64,000 nucleotides of DNA from NCBI GenBank assembly GCA_905233985.1, contig CAJOFA010000006.1:3295-67294 (forward strand), in the 5' to 3' direction. The position numbers and the translations under genes were made by a program. The stretch's first letter is position 1. Each line of letters begins with the position of its first letter. Source of the stretch: an uncultured Prevotella sp. Its GTDB lineage: Bacteria; Bacteroidota; Bacteroidia; Bacteroidales; Bacteroidaceae. This document shows positions 29,525 through 40,036 of this stretch, piece by piece. The notes beneath the pieces are model-generated. The model saw only the letters and a list, made by a program, of their open reading frames with translations, ran no database searches and was not told where the DNA came from.

Positions 29525-30547
29525 ATGGAGAACAAGCCCTACACGCTAAACTCAAAACTCATCAAAGAAACAGCCTATGAACTGGGTTTCTCTGCCTGTG
29601 GCATTGCCAAGGCAGAGCGAGTCAGTACAGAGGCAGAGCAATACTTCCGCCAGTGGCTCGGCAAGGGCGGACATGCGGATATGGCGTATATGGAGAACTA
29701 CATCGACCAGCGCCTCGACCCCCGTCTGCTGATGGAAGGAGCCAAGAGCATCGTCTGCGTAGCACTCAACTACGCCCCCCACCACTCAACGCCTAAACAT
29801 CAAACTTCAAACTTCAAACTTCAAACATCAAACATCAAACATCAAACCTTCACCATCGCCGCCTACGCCCTTGGGCAGGACTATCACGATGTCGTCAAGC
29901 AGAAGCTCCGCCAGCTGTTCAGTAAGCTGGAAGCCCTCGCAGAGGGCATCAGGGGGAGAGTGTTCTGCGACAGCGCCCCCCTGCTCGAACGCTACTGGGC
30001 AGAGCGGTCAGGACTTGGCTGGACAGGGCGCAACCGCCAGCTCATCATCCCCCATGCCGGTACCATGTTCTTTCTCGGCGAGCTGTTGTTAGACGTCGAG
30101 CTTGACTACGACAGCCCCATGCCTAACCGCTGTGGCAACTGCCACCGTTGCATCGATGCCTGTCCCACCCATGCCCTCACCACCCAAACATCAAACTTCA
30201 AACATCAAACTTCAAACTTCAACGCCGAAGCCTGCCTCTCTTACCAGACCATCGAAAACCGAGGTCCCATTGCCCCACAGTATGCCAAGGCAATGGGAAA
30301 CACCATCTACGGTTGCGACCGCTGTCAGCAGGTCTGTCCGTGGAACCGCTTTGCCGTGCCCAATACCGAGCCGCTGCTGCAGCCCAAGCCCGAACTGCTT
30401 GCCATGAGCCGCGACGACTGGGAGCAGCTCACCATAGAAGACTACCGCCGACTGTTCAAGGGCAGCGCCGTCAAACGGGCGAAATACGAAGGACTGATGC
30501 GAAACATCCGCGCCGTCAGCCATTCCCAGGAAGAGAAAGAAGAATAA
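29525..30547 (+). CDS. queG: Epoxyqueuosine reductase
   Basis: YALGQDYH, DSAPLLER, CGNCHRCIDACP, GCDRCQQVCPWN. Confidence 0.93.
   Translation: MENKPYTLNSKLIKETAYELGFSACGIAKAERVSTEAEQYFRQWLGKGGHADMAYMENYIDQRLDPRLLMEGAKSIVCVALNYAPHHSTPKHQTSNFKLQTSNIKHQTFTIAAYALGQDYHDVVKQKLRQLFSKLEALAEGIRGRVFCDSAPLLERYWAERSGLGWTGRNRQLIIPHAGTMFFLGELLLDVELDYDSPMPNRCGNCHRCIDACPTHALTTQTSNFKHQTSNFNAEACLSYQTIENRGPIAPQYAKAMGNTIYGCDRCQQVCPWNRFAVPNTEPLLQPKPELLAMSRDDWEQLTIEDYRRLFKGSAVKRAKYEGLMRNIRAVSHSQEEKEE
29794..29849 (+). repeat. (CAAACWT)8 heptamer tract in queG
   Basis: TAAACAT (CAAACTT)3 (CAAACAT)3 CAAACCT. Confidence 0.9.
30185..30219 (+). repeat. (CAAACWT)5 heptamer tract in queG
   Basis: CAAACAT CAAACTT CAAACAT CAAACTT CAAACTT. 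Confidence 0.9.
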
Positions 30548-30584
30548 AAAAACGCCAAGCCGTTCCCGACTCAGCGTTTTTTTT
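30546..30584. terminator. Bidirectional terminator between queG and cysK
   Basis: A7-CGC...GCG-T8 between convergent genes. Confidence 0.6.
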
Positions 30585-30605
30585 ATGATGATTCCCGATG
30601 GAAAC

Positions 30606-31553
30606 TTAGAGGGGATAGTCCTCAAAGGCGTAGAGCACCGTCGAGAGGTAACGCTCACCCGTGTCAGGCAGCAGCGCCACAATCTTCTTACCCTTGTTCT
30701 CCGGACGCTTGGCCACCTCGATGGCAGCATAGAGTGCAGCACCGGCAGAGATACCCACCAGCAGACCTTCCGACTGGGCAATCTCACGACCTGTGCGGAT
30801 AGCATCGTCGTTCTCCACGTCAAACACCTCGTCAATGACGTCGGCATCGTAAGTCTTGGGCACGAAGCCGGCACCGATACCCTGAATCTTGTGCGGTCCG
30901 CTCTGTCCGCCGTTCAGCACAGGGCTTGACTTCGGCTCCACGGCGATGATCTTCACGTTCGGGTTCTGCTCCTTCAGATACTTACCCGTACCCGAGATGG
31001 TACCGCCGGTACCAACACCGCCGACGAAGATATCGACCTGTCCGTCCGTGTCGCGCCAGATCTCAAGACCCGTTGTGGCGTAGTGCTTGGCGGGGTTGGC
31101 AGCGTTCTCGAACTGCTGCAGGATGACAGCTCCGGGAATAGAGTCGCGCAGCTCCTCGGCGGCGCGGATGGCACCTGGCATACCGTCCTTGCCAGAGGTG
31201 AGGCGCACCTCGGCACCGTAAGCCTTCACGAGGTTTCTGCGCTCCACGCTCATGGTTTCAGGCATGGTAAGGATAAGATGGTAGCCCTTGACGGCGCTTA
31301 CCAGAGCCAATCCTACGCCAGTGTTTCCCGAGGTGGGTTCAATGATGGTGGCACCAGGCTTCAGGATGCCCTTCTTCTCTGCATCCTCAATCATCGCCAG
31401 TGCGATACGGTCTTTCACGCTGCCGCCAGGATTAAAAAACTCTACTTTGGCAATGACGGGAGTCTCCAGTCCCTTAGCCGTTGAATACTTGTTGAGCTCC
31501 AGAAGTGGGGTGTTGCCGACGAGCTCAGTCAGCTGCTTTGCAATCTTAGACAT
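30606..31553 (-). CDS. cysK: Cysteine synthase A
   Basis: [12 protein letters not shown] lysine, [21 protein letters not shown]. Confidence 0.96.
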   Translation of the reverse strand: MSKIAKQLTELVGNTPLLELNKYSTAKGLETPVIAKVEFFNPGGSVKDRIALAMIEDAEKKGILKPGATIIEPTSGNTGVGLALVSAVKGYHLILTMPETMSVERRNLVKAYGAEVRLTSGKDGMPGAIRAAEELRDSIPGAVILQQFENAANPAKHYATTGLEIWRDTDGQVDIFVGGVGTGGTISGTGKYLKEQNPNVKIIAVEPKSSPVLNGGQSGPHKIQGIGAGFVPKTYDADVIDEVFDVENDDAIRTGREIAQSEGLLVGISAGAALYAAIEVAKRPENKGKKIVALLPDTGERYLSTVLYAFEDYPL

Positions 31554-31646
31554 ATTATTTTTTGTTTTTACGTTATTCCTATGTTTTTGCGACTTATGCA
31601 CCGCAAAGGTACAAATTAATTCTTAAATTCTCCAATTCTTGACAAA

Positions 31647-32936
31647 TTAAATCTTGTCGAGGGCCTGGGCGAGGTCTTCGATGATGTCGTCGATATGCTC
31701 GGTACCGATGGAGAGGCGTACGGTAGCAGGCGTGATGTGCTGCTCGGCGAGTTCCTCGGGCGAGAGCTGTGAGTGGGTGGTGGTGTAGGGATGAATCACC
31801 AGGCTCTTCACGTCGGCCACGTTAGCCAGCAGCGAGAATATCCGGAGCGAGTCGATGAATGTCCAAGCCTCTTTCTCACCGCCCTTTACCTCGAAGGTGA
31901 AGATAGAGGCACCGCCGTTGGGGAAATACTTCTGATAGAGCTTATGGTCGTGATGGCTCTCGAGGGCCGGATGGTTCACCTTGGCAACCTTCGGATGCTT
32001 GCTGAGGAAGTCAACCACCTTCAGGGCATTCTCCACATGACGCTCCACACGCAGACTCAGTGTCTCAACTCCCTGCAAGAGGATGAAGGCGTTGAAGGGA
32101 GAGATGGCGGCACCAGTATCGCGCAGGATGACGGCACGGATGCGGGTGACGTAGGCAGCAGCGCCTACAGCGTCGGAAAAGACGATGCCGTGATACGAGG
32201 GATCGGGCTTGCTGAGTGTGGGGAACTTGTCATTCTGCTTCCAGTCGAACTTACCACCATCAACGATGACTCCACCGAGTGAGGTTCCGTGACCACCGAG
32301 GAACTTCGTTGCCGAGTGTACCACGATGTCTGCGCCGTGCTCCAGCGGACGAATCAGATAGGGTGTGCCGAAGGTGTTATCGACGATGAAGGGGATGCCA
32401 TGCTTGTGGGCTACGGCTGCCACGCCTTCGAGGTCGAGCACGTCAGAATTGGGGTTGCCGAAGGTCTCGGCATATACTACTTTTGTGTTGGGCTGGATGG
32501 CAGCATCGAGCGCCTCGAGGTCGTTGACATTTAGAATCGTGTTGCTGATGCCCTGGGTGGCCAGTGTGTGGGTGATGAGGTTATAGGAGCCGCCATAGAG
32601 GTTGTCGGCAGCGACGATATGATCACCTGCCTGTACGATATTCTGCAGGGCATAAGTGATAGCGGCAGCACCAGAGGCGACGGCCAGACCTGCCACACCA
32701 CCCTCCAGGGCAGCGACACGATCCTCGAACACGCCCTGCGTAGAGTTGGTCAGACGACCATAGATATTACCGGCATCACGCAGACCGAAACGGTCGGCAG
32801 CATGCTGTGAATTACGGAACACGTAACTGGTGGTCTGATAGATGGGCACGGCACGTGCATCTGTGGCGGGGTCCGCCTGTTCCTGACCAACGTGAAGTTG
32901 TAAAGTCTCAAAACGATAATTCTTTTTTGTACTCAT
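31647..32936 (-). CDS. metY: O-acetylhomoserine aminocarboxypropyltransferase/sulfhydrylase
   Basis: AVPIYQTTSY, HSATKFLGGHG, LANVADVKSLVIHP. Confidence 0.93.
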   Translation of the reverse strand: MSTKKNYRFETLQLHVGQEQADPATDARAVPIYQTTSYVFRNSQHAADRFGLRDAGNIYGRLTNSTQGVFEDRVAALEGGVAGLAVASGAAAITYALQNIVQAGDHIVAADNLYGGSYNLITHTLATQGISNTILNVNDLEALDAAIQPNTKVVYAETFGNPNSDVLDLEGVAAVAHKHGIPFIVDNTFGTPYLIRPLEHGADIVVHSATKFLGGHGTSLGGVIVDGGKFDWKQNDKFPTLSKPDPSYHGIVFSDAVGAAAYVTRIRAVILRDTGAAISPFNAFILLQGVETLSLRVERHVENALKVVDFLSKHPKVAKVNHPALESHHDHKLYQKYFPNGGASIFTFEVKGGEKEAWTFIDSLRIFSLLANVADVKSLVIHPYTTTHSQLSPEELAEQHITPATVRLSIGTEHIDDIIEDLAQALDKI

Positions 32937-33052
32937 AATCAATTCAATTTACTATTTAACAATTTACTATTTACTATTTATTTGTCGATTTTAGTGATTT
33001 AGCGATTTTGCTATTTGCTTCACTTAGTTTGACAGTGCAAAGGTAGAAACTT

Positions 33053-33169
33053 TAGAAATATCCTCCAAATTTCTTGCGTAATTCAGAAAATATACCTAAA
33101 TTTGCAGCCGAGAAAGAATAACTCTCTGATTTGGGCTCTTTGAATGCCCTCAAACAGAATAGAATTCTA
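33053..33169. promoter_or_regulatory. Putative Lrp boxes between divergent metY and lrp promoters
   Basis: AG-N9-CT 15-mers at 33084, 33114, 33155 and a near-match at 33053. Confidence 0.5.
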
Positions 33170-33205
33170 AAAAGTAAAAAAATAAAAGAGTAAAAAGGTG
33201 AAAAT

Positions 33206-33670
33206 ATGGCTGAAATCTTAGATGAAACCGACGTGCAGATACTGAAAACGCTGCAAAAAAACGCGAAATTGACCACAAAAGAGTTGGCCGATGCGGTACA
33301 TTTGACCCCGACGCCCGTTTTTGAGCGTCAGAAACGATTGGAGAAGAAAGGGTATATCAAGAAGTATGTGGCCATCCTCGACCCGGAGAAGTTAGACCAG
33401 AAACTGTTGGTGTTCTGTAAGGTGAAGCTCAACCAGATTAACCACGAGAAAGCCGACTCCTTCGTACGCCGCATCATGCGTATCCCAGAGGTAACCGAAT
33501 GTTACAACACCTCAGGAGCTTACGACTATCTATTAAAAGTACGCGCGCGGGACATGAAGCAGTACCAGGAGTTTGTGCTCAACAAACTGGGCGACATCGA
33601 TAACATCAGCTCCATTGAGAGTACCTTCGTCATGAGCGAAGTCAAACAGAGCTACGGCATCAATCTGTAA
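33206..33670 (+). CDS. Lrp/AsnC transcriptional regulator
   Basis: LDETDVQILKTLQKNAK HTH, ECYNTSGAYDYLLKV. Confidence 0.93.
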   Translation: MAEILDETDVQILKTLQKNAKLTTKELADAVHLTPTPVFERQKRLEKKGYIKKYVAILDPEKLDQKLLVFCKVKLNQINHEKADSFVRRIMRIPEVTECYNTSGAYDYLLKVRARDMKQYQEFVLNKLGDIDNISSIESTFVMSEVKQSYGINL

Positions 33671-33784
33671 TTTTTCAGTAAAATATGTTCGCAAAATTTG
33701 CGAGTTACAGAGAATTGTTCTATCTTTGCAAGGTGCACGGACAACGTGCGAGGTTTTGATTGAAAAGAAAAATATATAACATTC

Positions 33785-35299
33785 GTGGAAACAATTGAAT
33801 TCTTAGGCTTTGGAATTCATGCCTGGATTACCATTGTGACGGTGCTGGGCATGTTTACCATTCTGTTGTTTACCAAGCTGCGCACCGACCTGGTGTTTCT
33901 AGGCGCCATCGGCGTGCTCTACGTCACAGGAGTACTTGACGCGAAGGATGCCTTCTCGGGTTTCAGCAGCACGTCGGTGGTTGTCATCGGTGTGCTGTTC
34001 GTGGTCGTAGCGGGACTGACGCATACCGGTGTGTTGCAGTGGATTGTGAAAAACCTGCTGGGACAGCCGAAGACGTACTCCAGAGCTGTTGTCAGACTGA
34101 TGTTGCCCGTGGCCGCACTGAGCTCCTTCCTGAGCAACACGACGGTGGTGGCCCTCTTTGTGAGCATTGTCAAGATGTGGTCGAAGAAGCTGGGCATCTC
34201 ACCTTCCAAGCTGCTGATACCCCTGAGCTATGCCTCGGGCATGGGTGGGGTGTGTATGCTGATCGGTACGCCGCCGAACCTGATTATCTCGGGCCTCTAT
34301 GCCGACCATACAGGCACGGCGATGAACGTACTGGCGACAACGATTCCGGGTTTGTTCTGCCTGTTCATCGGTGTGCTGAGCGTCATCGCCATGCGCCGGC
34401 TGTTGCCCGACCGCAAGGCTCCGGAGTCCGACTCAGAGGACACGGCCGACTATACCGTCGAGATGCTGGTGCCGTCGAACAACAAGTTTATCGGCGAGAC
34501 GCTGGGCTATGCCGAACTGCTTAACGTGAAGGGCGGAAGGCTCATCAAGATGCGCCACTTCGACAATGTGGCGGTACCCATCAACGAGAACGAGTTTATC
34601 ATGGGTGGCGACCACCTGGTGTTTGCCGGACAGATCAAGGAAATACTGGAACTCCAGGAGACGCATGGACTGGTGAAGGGCGAAGAGGTGATTAATGTAG
34701 GCACGAAGACGCTGATTTCCACCATGATTATGATAGTGATGGTGGTGCTGTCGGCACTCAATGTGATGCCGCTCCTGCAATGCGCCTTCATCGCTGCCGC
34801 TGCCATGCTCATCTGCCGCTGCTGTAGTCCGAAACAGGCCATGAAAGCCATCAACTGGGACATTATCATGGTGTTTGCCGGATCGGTGGTCTTAGGTTTG
34901 GCCATCCAGAAGACAGGCATTGCCGAGAGACTGGCGTTCAGCATCCTGGACGTGTGCGGCACCAACCCCATCATCGTGATGACAGCCATCTGCTTCGTCG
35001 GAACGTTTATTACCGAGTTCATCTCGAACACCGCTGCAGGTGCCATGTTCTTCCCCATCATGTACGAGGCGGCAGAGAAGCTGGGCTACGAGCCCTACCC
35101 CTTCCTCATCGCCCTGATGGTGAGCGTGAGCAGCAGCTTCGCCACACCTATCGGCTCACCCACCCACATGCTGGTCTATGGGCCCGGCGGCTACCGCTTC
35201 AGCGACTTCATGCGCATCGGTCTGCTGATGAACCTCATCATCCTCGCCGCCAACATCTTCATCGTTAACATCGTGTATCCCTTAACACCGCTGCCATGA
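33785..35299 (+). CDS. SLC13/DASS permease with TrkA-C domain
   Basis: SFLSNT, LIGTPPNL, FATPIGSPTH motifs. Confidence 0.85.
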   Translation: METIEFLGFGIHAWITIVTVLGMFTILLFTKLRTDLVFLGAIGVLYVTGVLDAKDAFSGFSSTSVVVIGVLFVVVAGLTHTGVLQWIVKNLLGQPKTYSRAVVRLMLPVAALSSFLSNTTVVALFVSIVKMWSKKLGISPSKLLIPLSYASGMGGVCMLIGTPPNLIISGLYADHTGTAMNVLATTIPGLFCLFIGVLSVIAMRRLLPDRKAPESDSEDTADYTVEMLVPSNNKFIGETLGYAELLNVKGGRLIKMRHFDNVAVPINENEFIMGGDHLVFAGQIKEILELQETHGLVKGEEVINVGTKTLISTMIMIVMVVLSALNVMPLLQCAFIAAAAMLICRCCSPKQAMKAINWDIIMVFAGSVVLGLAIQKTGIAERLAFSILDVCGTNPIIVMTAICFVGTFITEFISNTAAGAMFFPIMYEAAEKLGYEPYPFLIALMVSVSSSFATPIGSPTHMLVYGPGGYRFSDFMRIGLLMNLIILAANIFIVNIVYPLTPLP

Positions 35300-36225
35300 A
35301 GACGCTCTGTCATTACATATCGGAATACATGGGCGTGCTAGTGCTGGTGGCAGCGTTGCTGGCACTGGCATTCCCCGGTGTGCTGCAACAGATACCTACT
35401 ACGGCCATCAATTATCTGCTGGGCGTGGTGATGTTCGGCATGGGACTGACGCTGAACCTCAAGGACTTCAAAATCGTGTTCAGCCGCCCGAAGGATGTCA
35501 TCGTCGGCTGTCTGGCGCAGTTCACCGTCATGCCGCTGCTGGCATGGGGACTGGCAAAAGCCTTCCAACTTGACGAGGCGCTGGCGCTCGGCGTGGTGCT
35601 GGTGGGCTGCTGTCCCGGCGGCACGGCATCGAACGTTATCACCTATCTGGCAAAAGGTGATCTGGCATTGTCGGTAGGCATGACAGGCGTTTCCACCCTG
35701 CTGGCCCCGCTACTGACGCCCTTGCTGACATGGGTCTTGGCAGGAAAGAGCGTCAATGTCGATGTGGTGGGTATGCTGCTGAGCATTCTCTGGGTGGTCA
35801 TTCTGCCCATCGTCGTGGGATTAATCGTCAAGGGACTTTGGCCTAAGTTCACGGAGCGGGCAACGGACTACCTACCGGCTTTCTCATCGCTCGCCATCGC
35901 CTTCATCGTGGCTATCGTCATCGCTGCCAATGCCAATAAGCTGCTGGCAGGCGGTCTGCTCATCGTCATTGTTGTCATGCTTCACAACATCTGTGGCCTG
36001 AGTCTCGGCTATCTGATTGGACGGCTCCTACGGCTTGCCGAGCCGAAGAAACGCGCCGTCAGCATCGAGGTGGGCATGCAGAACAGCGGTCTCGCCTCGT
36101 CGCTGGCCACACTACATTTCGCCGCCTATCCCATGGCCACCATTCCAGGTGCCATCTTCAGCGTTTGGCACAACATCAGCGGTGCCATCGTCGCCCGCAT
36201 CTATTCAAAAACGGATAAAACGTAA
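35296..36225 (+). CDS. Bile acid:sodium symporter (BASS) family
   Basis: MFGMGLTL, CCPGGTASNV, EVGMQNSGL. Confidence 0.9.
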   Translation: MKTLCHYISEYMGVLVLVAALLALAFPGVLQQIPTTAINYLLGVVMFGMGLTLNLKDFKIVFSRPKDVIVGCLAQFTVMPLLAWGLAKAFQLDEALALGVVLVGCCPGGTASNVITYLAKGDLALSVGMTGVSTLLAPLLTPLLTWVLAGKSVNVDVVGMLLSILWVVILPIVVGLIVKGLWPKFTERATDYLPAFSSLAIAFIVAIVIAANANKLLAGGLLIVIVVMLHNICGLSLGYLIGRLLRLAEPKKRAVSIEVGMQNSGLASSLATLHFAAYPMATIPGAIFSVWHNISGAIVARIYSKTDKT

Positions 36226-36315
36226 ACAATTTTCTCCAATTCTTTGTATTGTTTTGGAAAAAAGTATTATCTTTGCACACGGAAGCATGACAAACTTATA
36301 AAACTTATATACGAT

Positions 36316-36876
36316 ATGATTGACGTAAAAGAAACATTAGCCTCAGCAGAGGAACGCATGGAGATGGCAGCGATGTTCTTGGAAGAAGAGCTGAGCCGCA
36401 TCCGTGCAGGACGTGCCAACGTAGCCATTCTCAGTGGCGTGAGAGTAGAGTCGTACGGACAGAAGGTGCCCCTGAACCAGGTCGCCACCGTGAACTGTCC
36501 CGATGCCCGTACCATCGCTATCAAGCCGTGGGACCGCAAGCAGATCCGCGACATTGAGAAGGCCATCATGGACAGTGATGTTGGCATCACGCCCGAGAAC
36601 AATGGCGAGGTCATTCGCCTTGGCATCCCCCAGCCTACGGAGGAGCGCCGTCGTGACTTGGTGAAGCAGTGCAACAAGATTGCCGAGAAAGCCAAGATTG
36701 AGGTACGCAACGTGCGCGGCGACATCAAGGACAAGCTGAAGAAGGCCATCAAGGACGGACTGAGCGAGGACAACGAGAAGGACGCCGAACTGGAACTTCA
36801 GAAGTTGCACGACAAGTACATCAAGAAACTCGACGAGCTCATCGAAGCCAAGAACAAGGAAATCATGACCGTGTAA
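36316..36876 (+). CDS. frr: Ribosome recycling factor
   Basis: IRAGRAN, PTEERRRDLVK, RNVR. Confidence 0.96.
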   Translation: MIDVKETLASAEERMEMAAMFLEEELSRIRAGRANVAILSGVRVESYGQKVPLNQVATVNCPDARTIAIKPWDRKQIRDIEKAIMDSDVGITPENNGEVIRLGIPQPTEERRRDLVKQCNKIAEKAKIEVRNVRGDIKDKLKKAIKDGLSEDNEKDAELELQKLHDKYIKKLDELIEAKNKEIMTV

Positions 36877-36880
36877 ACTT

Positions 36881-36979
36881 TGAAGATTGAAATTTAAAGT
36901 TTGAAGTTTATGATGTGATGGGGCTATTAGGTCACATCTTAAGTAATCTTAAATTTCAAATTTCAAACTTCAAATTTCA
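36881..36979. repeat. Inverted heptamer arrays forming an intergenic hairpin
   Basis: (TGAARTT)-like x4 ... GATGTGA/TCACATC ... (AAYTTCA)x4. Confidence 0.8.
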
Positions 36980-36982
36980 AAA

Positions 36983-37954
36983 ATGAAAGGTTTAGTAATC
37001 AAGAACACAGGCAGCTGGTACACCGTCCGTTTGGACGATGGCCAGTTGATTGACTGTAAAATCAAGGGCAACTTCCGACTGCGTGGCATACGGAGCACCA
37101 ATCCCGTGGCCGTAGGAGACAGGGTGAGTCTCACCCCGCCCCTCGCCCAAGGAGAGGGAGCTACCGCCTTCATTACTGAAATCGAGGACCGTCGCAACTA
37201 CATCATTCGCAAGAGCATCAACCTGTCGAAGCAGAGTCATATCATTGCTGCCAACGTGGACCAAGCGCTACTCATCGTCACCGTCAACCGACCACAGACC
37301 TCCACTACTTTTATTGACCGTTTCCTCGCATCTGCCGAGGCTTACCGCGTACCTGTCATCCTTATTTTCAACAAGACCGACCTGCTTGACGATGACGAGC
37401 GGCGCTATCAGCAGATGATGATGACGCTCTACGAGAACATCGGCTATGAGTGTCGTGCCATCTCAGCCGAGACGGGCGACGGCGTGGAAGAGCTGCGGCC
37501 GTTGCTGGCAGGAAAGATTACTGTGCTGAGCGGTAACAGCGGTGTGGGTAAATCGACGCTCATCAACCGCCTCATTCCTGGTTTGAACCTTCGCACGGCA
37601 GAAATCAGCGACGCCCACCAGACGGGCATGCACACCACAACATTCAGCGAGATGGTCAGCCTCCCTCCTCTTGCCCCTTGCTCCTCACCCCTTGCCCCTT
37701 CATACCTCATCGACACCCCGGGTATCAAGGGTTTCGGCACGTTCGACATGGAGCCGGAAGAGCTGACAAGCTACTTCAAGGAGATTTTCCATTTCTCGAA
37801 AGGATGTCGTTTTTCCAACTGTACCCATACCCACGAGCCGGGCTGTGCCGTAAGAAAAGCTCTCGACGAGCATTACATCGCCGAGAGCCGTTATCAGTCA
37901 TACCTCTCCATGCTCAACGACAAGGAGGAGGGTAAGTATCGAGAGGCGTACTAA
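36983..37954 (+). CDS. rsgA: Ribosome small-subunit GTPase A
   Basis: [34 protein letters not shown]. Confidence 0.96.
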   Translation: MKGLVIKNTGSWYTVRLDDGQLIDCKIKGNFRLRGIRSTNPVAVGDRVSLTPPLAQGEGATAFITEIEDRRNYIIRKSINLSKQSHIIAANVDQALLIVTVNRPQTSTTFIDRFLASAEAYRVPVILIFNKTDLLDDDERRYQQMMMTLYENIGYECRAISAETGDGVEELRPLLAGKITVLSGNSGVGKSTLINRLIPGLNLRTAEISDAHQTGMHTTTFSEMVSLPPLAPCSSPLAPSYLIDTPGIKGFGTFDMEPEELTSYFKEIFHFSKGCRFSNCTHTHEPGCAVRKALDEHYIAESRYQSYLSMLNDKEEGKYREAY

Positions 37955-37957
37955 TCA

Positions 37958-38827
37958 TCACCCGATAGTTATCGTATATTCACTCATGAACGAGGCACCT
38001 GGCTGCAGGTGGTTCATGAACGGTTTGTCCTTGAACTCACCGTCGTAGCCACGCGGGTCCCCTACCCCATACCAAGGTTCGATGCAGACAAAGGGAGCAT
38101 GCTTGTCGAACGGGCTCCAGAAGGCAATGACGGGTGTACGGAAGTCAACGGTGACGGCGGGCTGGTCATCCTCATCAAGCAGTACAGCCTGACGCACCTG
38201 ACTGTTGTGAATCTTTACGCTGTCATTGCGGAAGAAGGCGTTATCGAACTCTATCACACCATACTCTGCCTCCACGGGAACCTCCACCATTTCGTGCGAG
38301 CCGTCAACGTAGCTCTTCAGTCCGATGAGCGCCTCCTTGTTGTCGAGCGTGATACAGCCCTTCAGCGGCTCGCCCTCTTTCATGCCAGGCACGTTGAAAG
38401 CCGGATGGCCGCCAATCTGGAAGTGGATATCGCGCTTGTCGGTGTTCTCCACGTGCCAGATAACATGAATCTTATTACCCTCTAACCGATAAGTGACGGC
38501 GAGGTTGAAACAGAAGGGATAAACCTTCAGCGTCTCCTCCGACTCATGCAGGGCAAACGTGGCGCGGTCTTCACCCTGACGGATGAGAGTAAAAGCCATA
38601 TCACGGGCAAAACCATGACGTGGCAGGTGATACTCCTTACCATCGACGCGGTACGTATCATTCTCCACACTGCACACCAAGGGGAACAGGATGGGACTGC
38701 GGCGCGCCCAGTATTTCGGATCACCCTGCCACAGGTACTCCCTACCCTCGGCATCTTGAATACTCTGGAGCTCTGCTCCCAATTCAGCGACACGAACGGT
38801 CAGCTGTTCGTTCTTCAGTTCTATCAT
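37958..38827 (-). CDS. Aldose 1-epimerase family (LacX-like)
   Basis: YLWQGD, HGFARD, GGHPAF, CIEPW. Confidence 0.88.
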   Translation of the reverse strand: MIELKNEQLTVRVAELGAELQSIQDAEGREYLWQGDPKYWARRSPILFPLVCSVENDTYRVDGKEYHLPRHGFARDMAFTLIRQGEDRATFALHESEETLKVYPFCFNLAVTYRLEGNKIHVIWHVENTDKRDIHFQIGGHPAFNVPGMKEGEPLKGCITLDNKEALIGLKSYVDGSHEMVEVPVEAEYGVIEFDNAFFRNDSVKIHNSQVRQAVLLDEDDQPAVTVDFRTPVIAFWSPFDKHAPFVCIEPWYGVGDPRGYDGEFKDKPFMNHLQPGASFMSEYTITIG

Positions 38828-38833
38828 ATATAT

Positions 38834-40036
38834 TTACAATTTGACAATCCAACTCACGATGTCCCTCAGCACTTCCTCGGAGAAGGTTTCCTCAATCTGC
38901 CCGTATTCGTCGGGCATTCCTGTCGTGCAATGCTGGAACAGATGGTTCAGCCCGTCATAGGCCTTGATGCAGTTCTTCTTGTTCTTCGGCAACAGGCGGC
39001 GCAAGGCACCGAGATTCATCTCAGCATCCACCTGTACGTCCTTCTTGCCATTGACTGCCAGGACGGGACATGTCGTGTGGCGGATATTCTCCGAGGGGTC
39101 ATAGACCATAAAATAGTTAACCCAGGCGTTGTTCTGGGCTGTGATGACTTCACGCATCTGTTCCATCGTGAGGTCGGGTGTCTGCAGCTGCATCTGCTTC
39201 AAGAGAATGCTGTCACCACAGACACCAGTTCCTGCCAGGCTGACAATGAAGTCAACGGCGTCCTTGCCGCCCAATATAAAAGCGATGAGCCCGCCCTCGC
39301 TATGGCCGATAACACCCACCTTCTTGAAACGGTCATCCTTCCGCAAGAAAGCGATGCCTGCCTCCGCATCACGGGTAAAGTCCTCACTGGTGGCGTTTGC
39401 CACGTCACCGCCTACAGACTGTCCGGTAGCACGGTCGTCATAACGCAGAGTGGCAATACCATGACGTGCCAGATAGTCAGCTATAACGGCAAAGGGCTTA
39501 TGTCCCATCAGTTCCTCGTCACGGTTCTGCTGTCCGCTGCCTGAGACCATGATCAGCACCTTCTCCGCTCCAGCGGGCACGCTGAGTGTACCAGCCAGCG
39601 TAGCACCGTCCTGCTCGTTGCGGAACGTCACTTCCTCGGTCGGATAAGGCAATGGACCTTCAATGGTCTGCGTCCTGCGACGCTCCACCTTCCCTGCCTT
39701 CAGATTCAAAGGAAATTTAAAGCCTGCCTGTGCAAACGTGCCTTGCAGCTCATCACCCAAAAGCCGTCCCTTATAGGAAGCTTGCAGCGCGGCGATGCTG
39801 ACAGCAACGGAGTCGGCAGAGAGGAAATCAACGGTGGCAGGAATCTTCTGGTCCGTCTGGTCAGGACTCTCCATCGTAGCATTTCCGTCGGCATCTATAT
39901 TCAACACAATGGTTAGTTTCGCCATTCCTACATCCAACTTTCCTACGTAGGAACCGCTGAGGTTACTCTGAGCACGTGCCGTCGTAGCTGTCAGGAATGC
40001 GGCACCCATGATAAGTATCCGGATTATTCTTTTCAT
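38834..40036 (-). CDS. Secreted alpha/beta hydrolase
   Basis: Signal peptide, SGSGQQNRD, GHSEGG, LNHLFQ. Confidence 0.88.
   Translation of the reverse strand: MKRIIRILIMGAAFLTATTARAQSNLSGSYVGKLDVGMAKLTIVLNIDADGNATMESPDQTDQKIPATVDFLSADSVAVSIAALQASYKGRLLGDELQGTFAQAGFKFPLNLKAGKVERRRTQTIEGPLPYPTEEVTFRNEQDGATLAGTLSVPAGAEKVLIMVSGSGQQNRDEELMGHKPFAVIADYLARHGIATLRYDDRATGQSVGGDVANATSEDFTRDAEAGIAFLRKDDRFKKVGVIGHSEGGLIAFILGGKDAVDFIVSLAGTGVCGDSILLKQMQLQTPDLTMEQMREVITAQNNAWVNYFMVYDPSENIRHTTCPVLAVNGKKDVQVDAEMNLGALRRLLPKNKKNCIKAYDGLNHLFQHCTTGMPDEYGQIEETFSEEVLRDIVSWIVKL

Noticed and set aside
32940-33045. Possible SAM riboswitch or T-box upstream of metY
   Set aside because: AT-rich low-complexity leader with no recognisable aptamer stems or terminator.
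33689-33703. Palindrome TCGCAAAATTTGCGA upstream of the SLC13 gene
   Set aside because: Single short instance overlapping the -33 TTTG; cannot distinguish an operator from chance.
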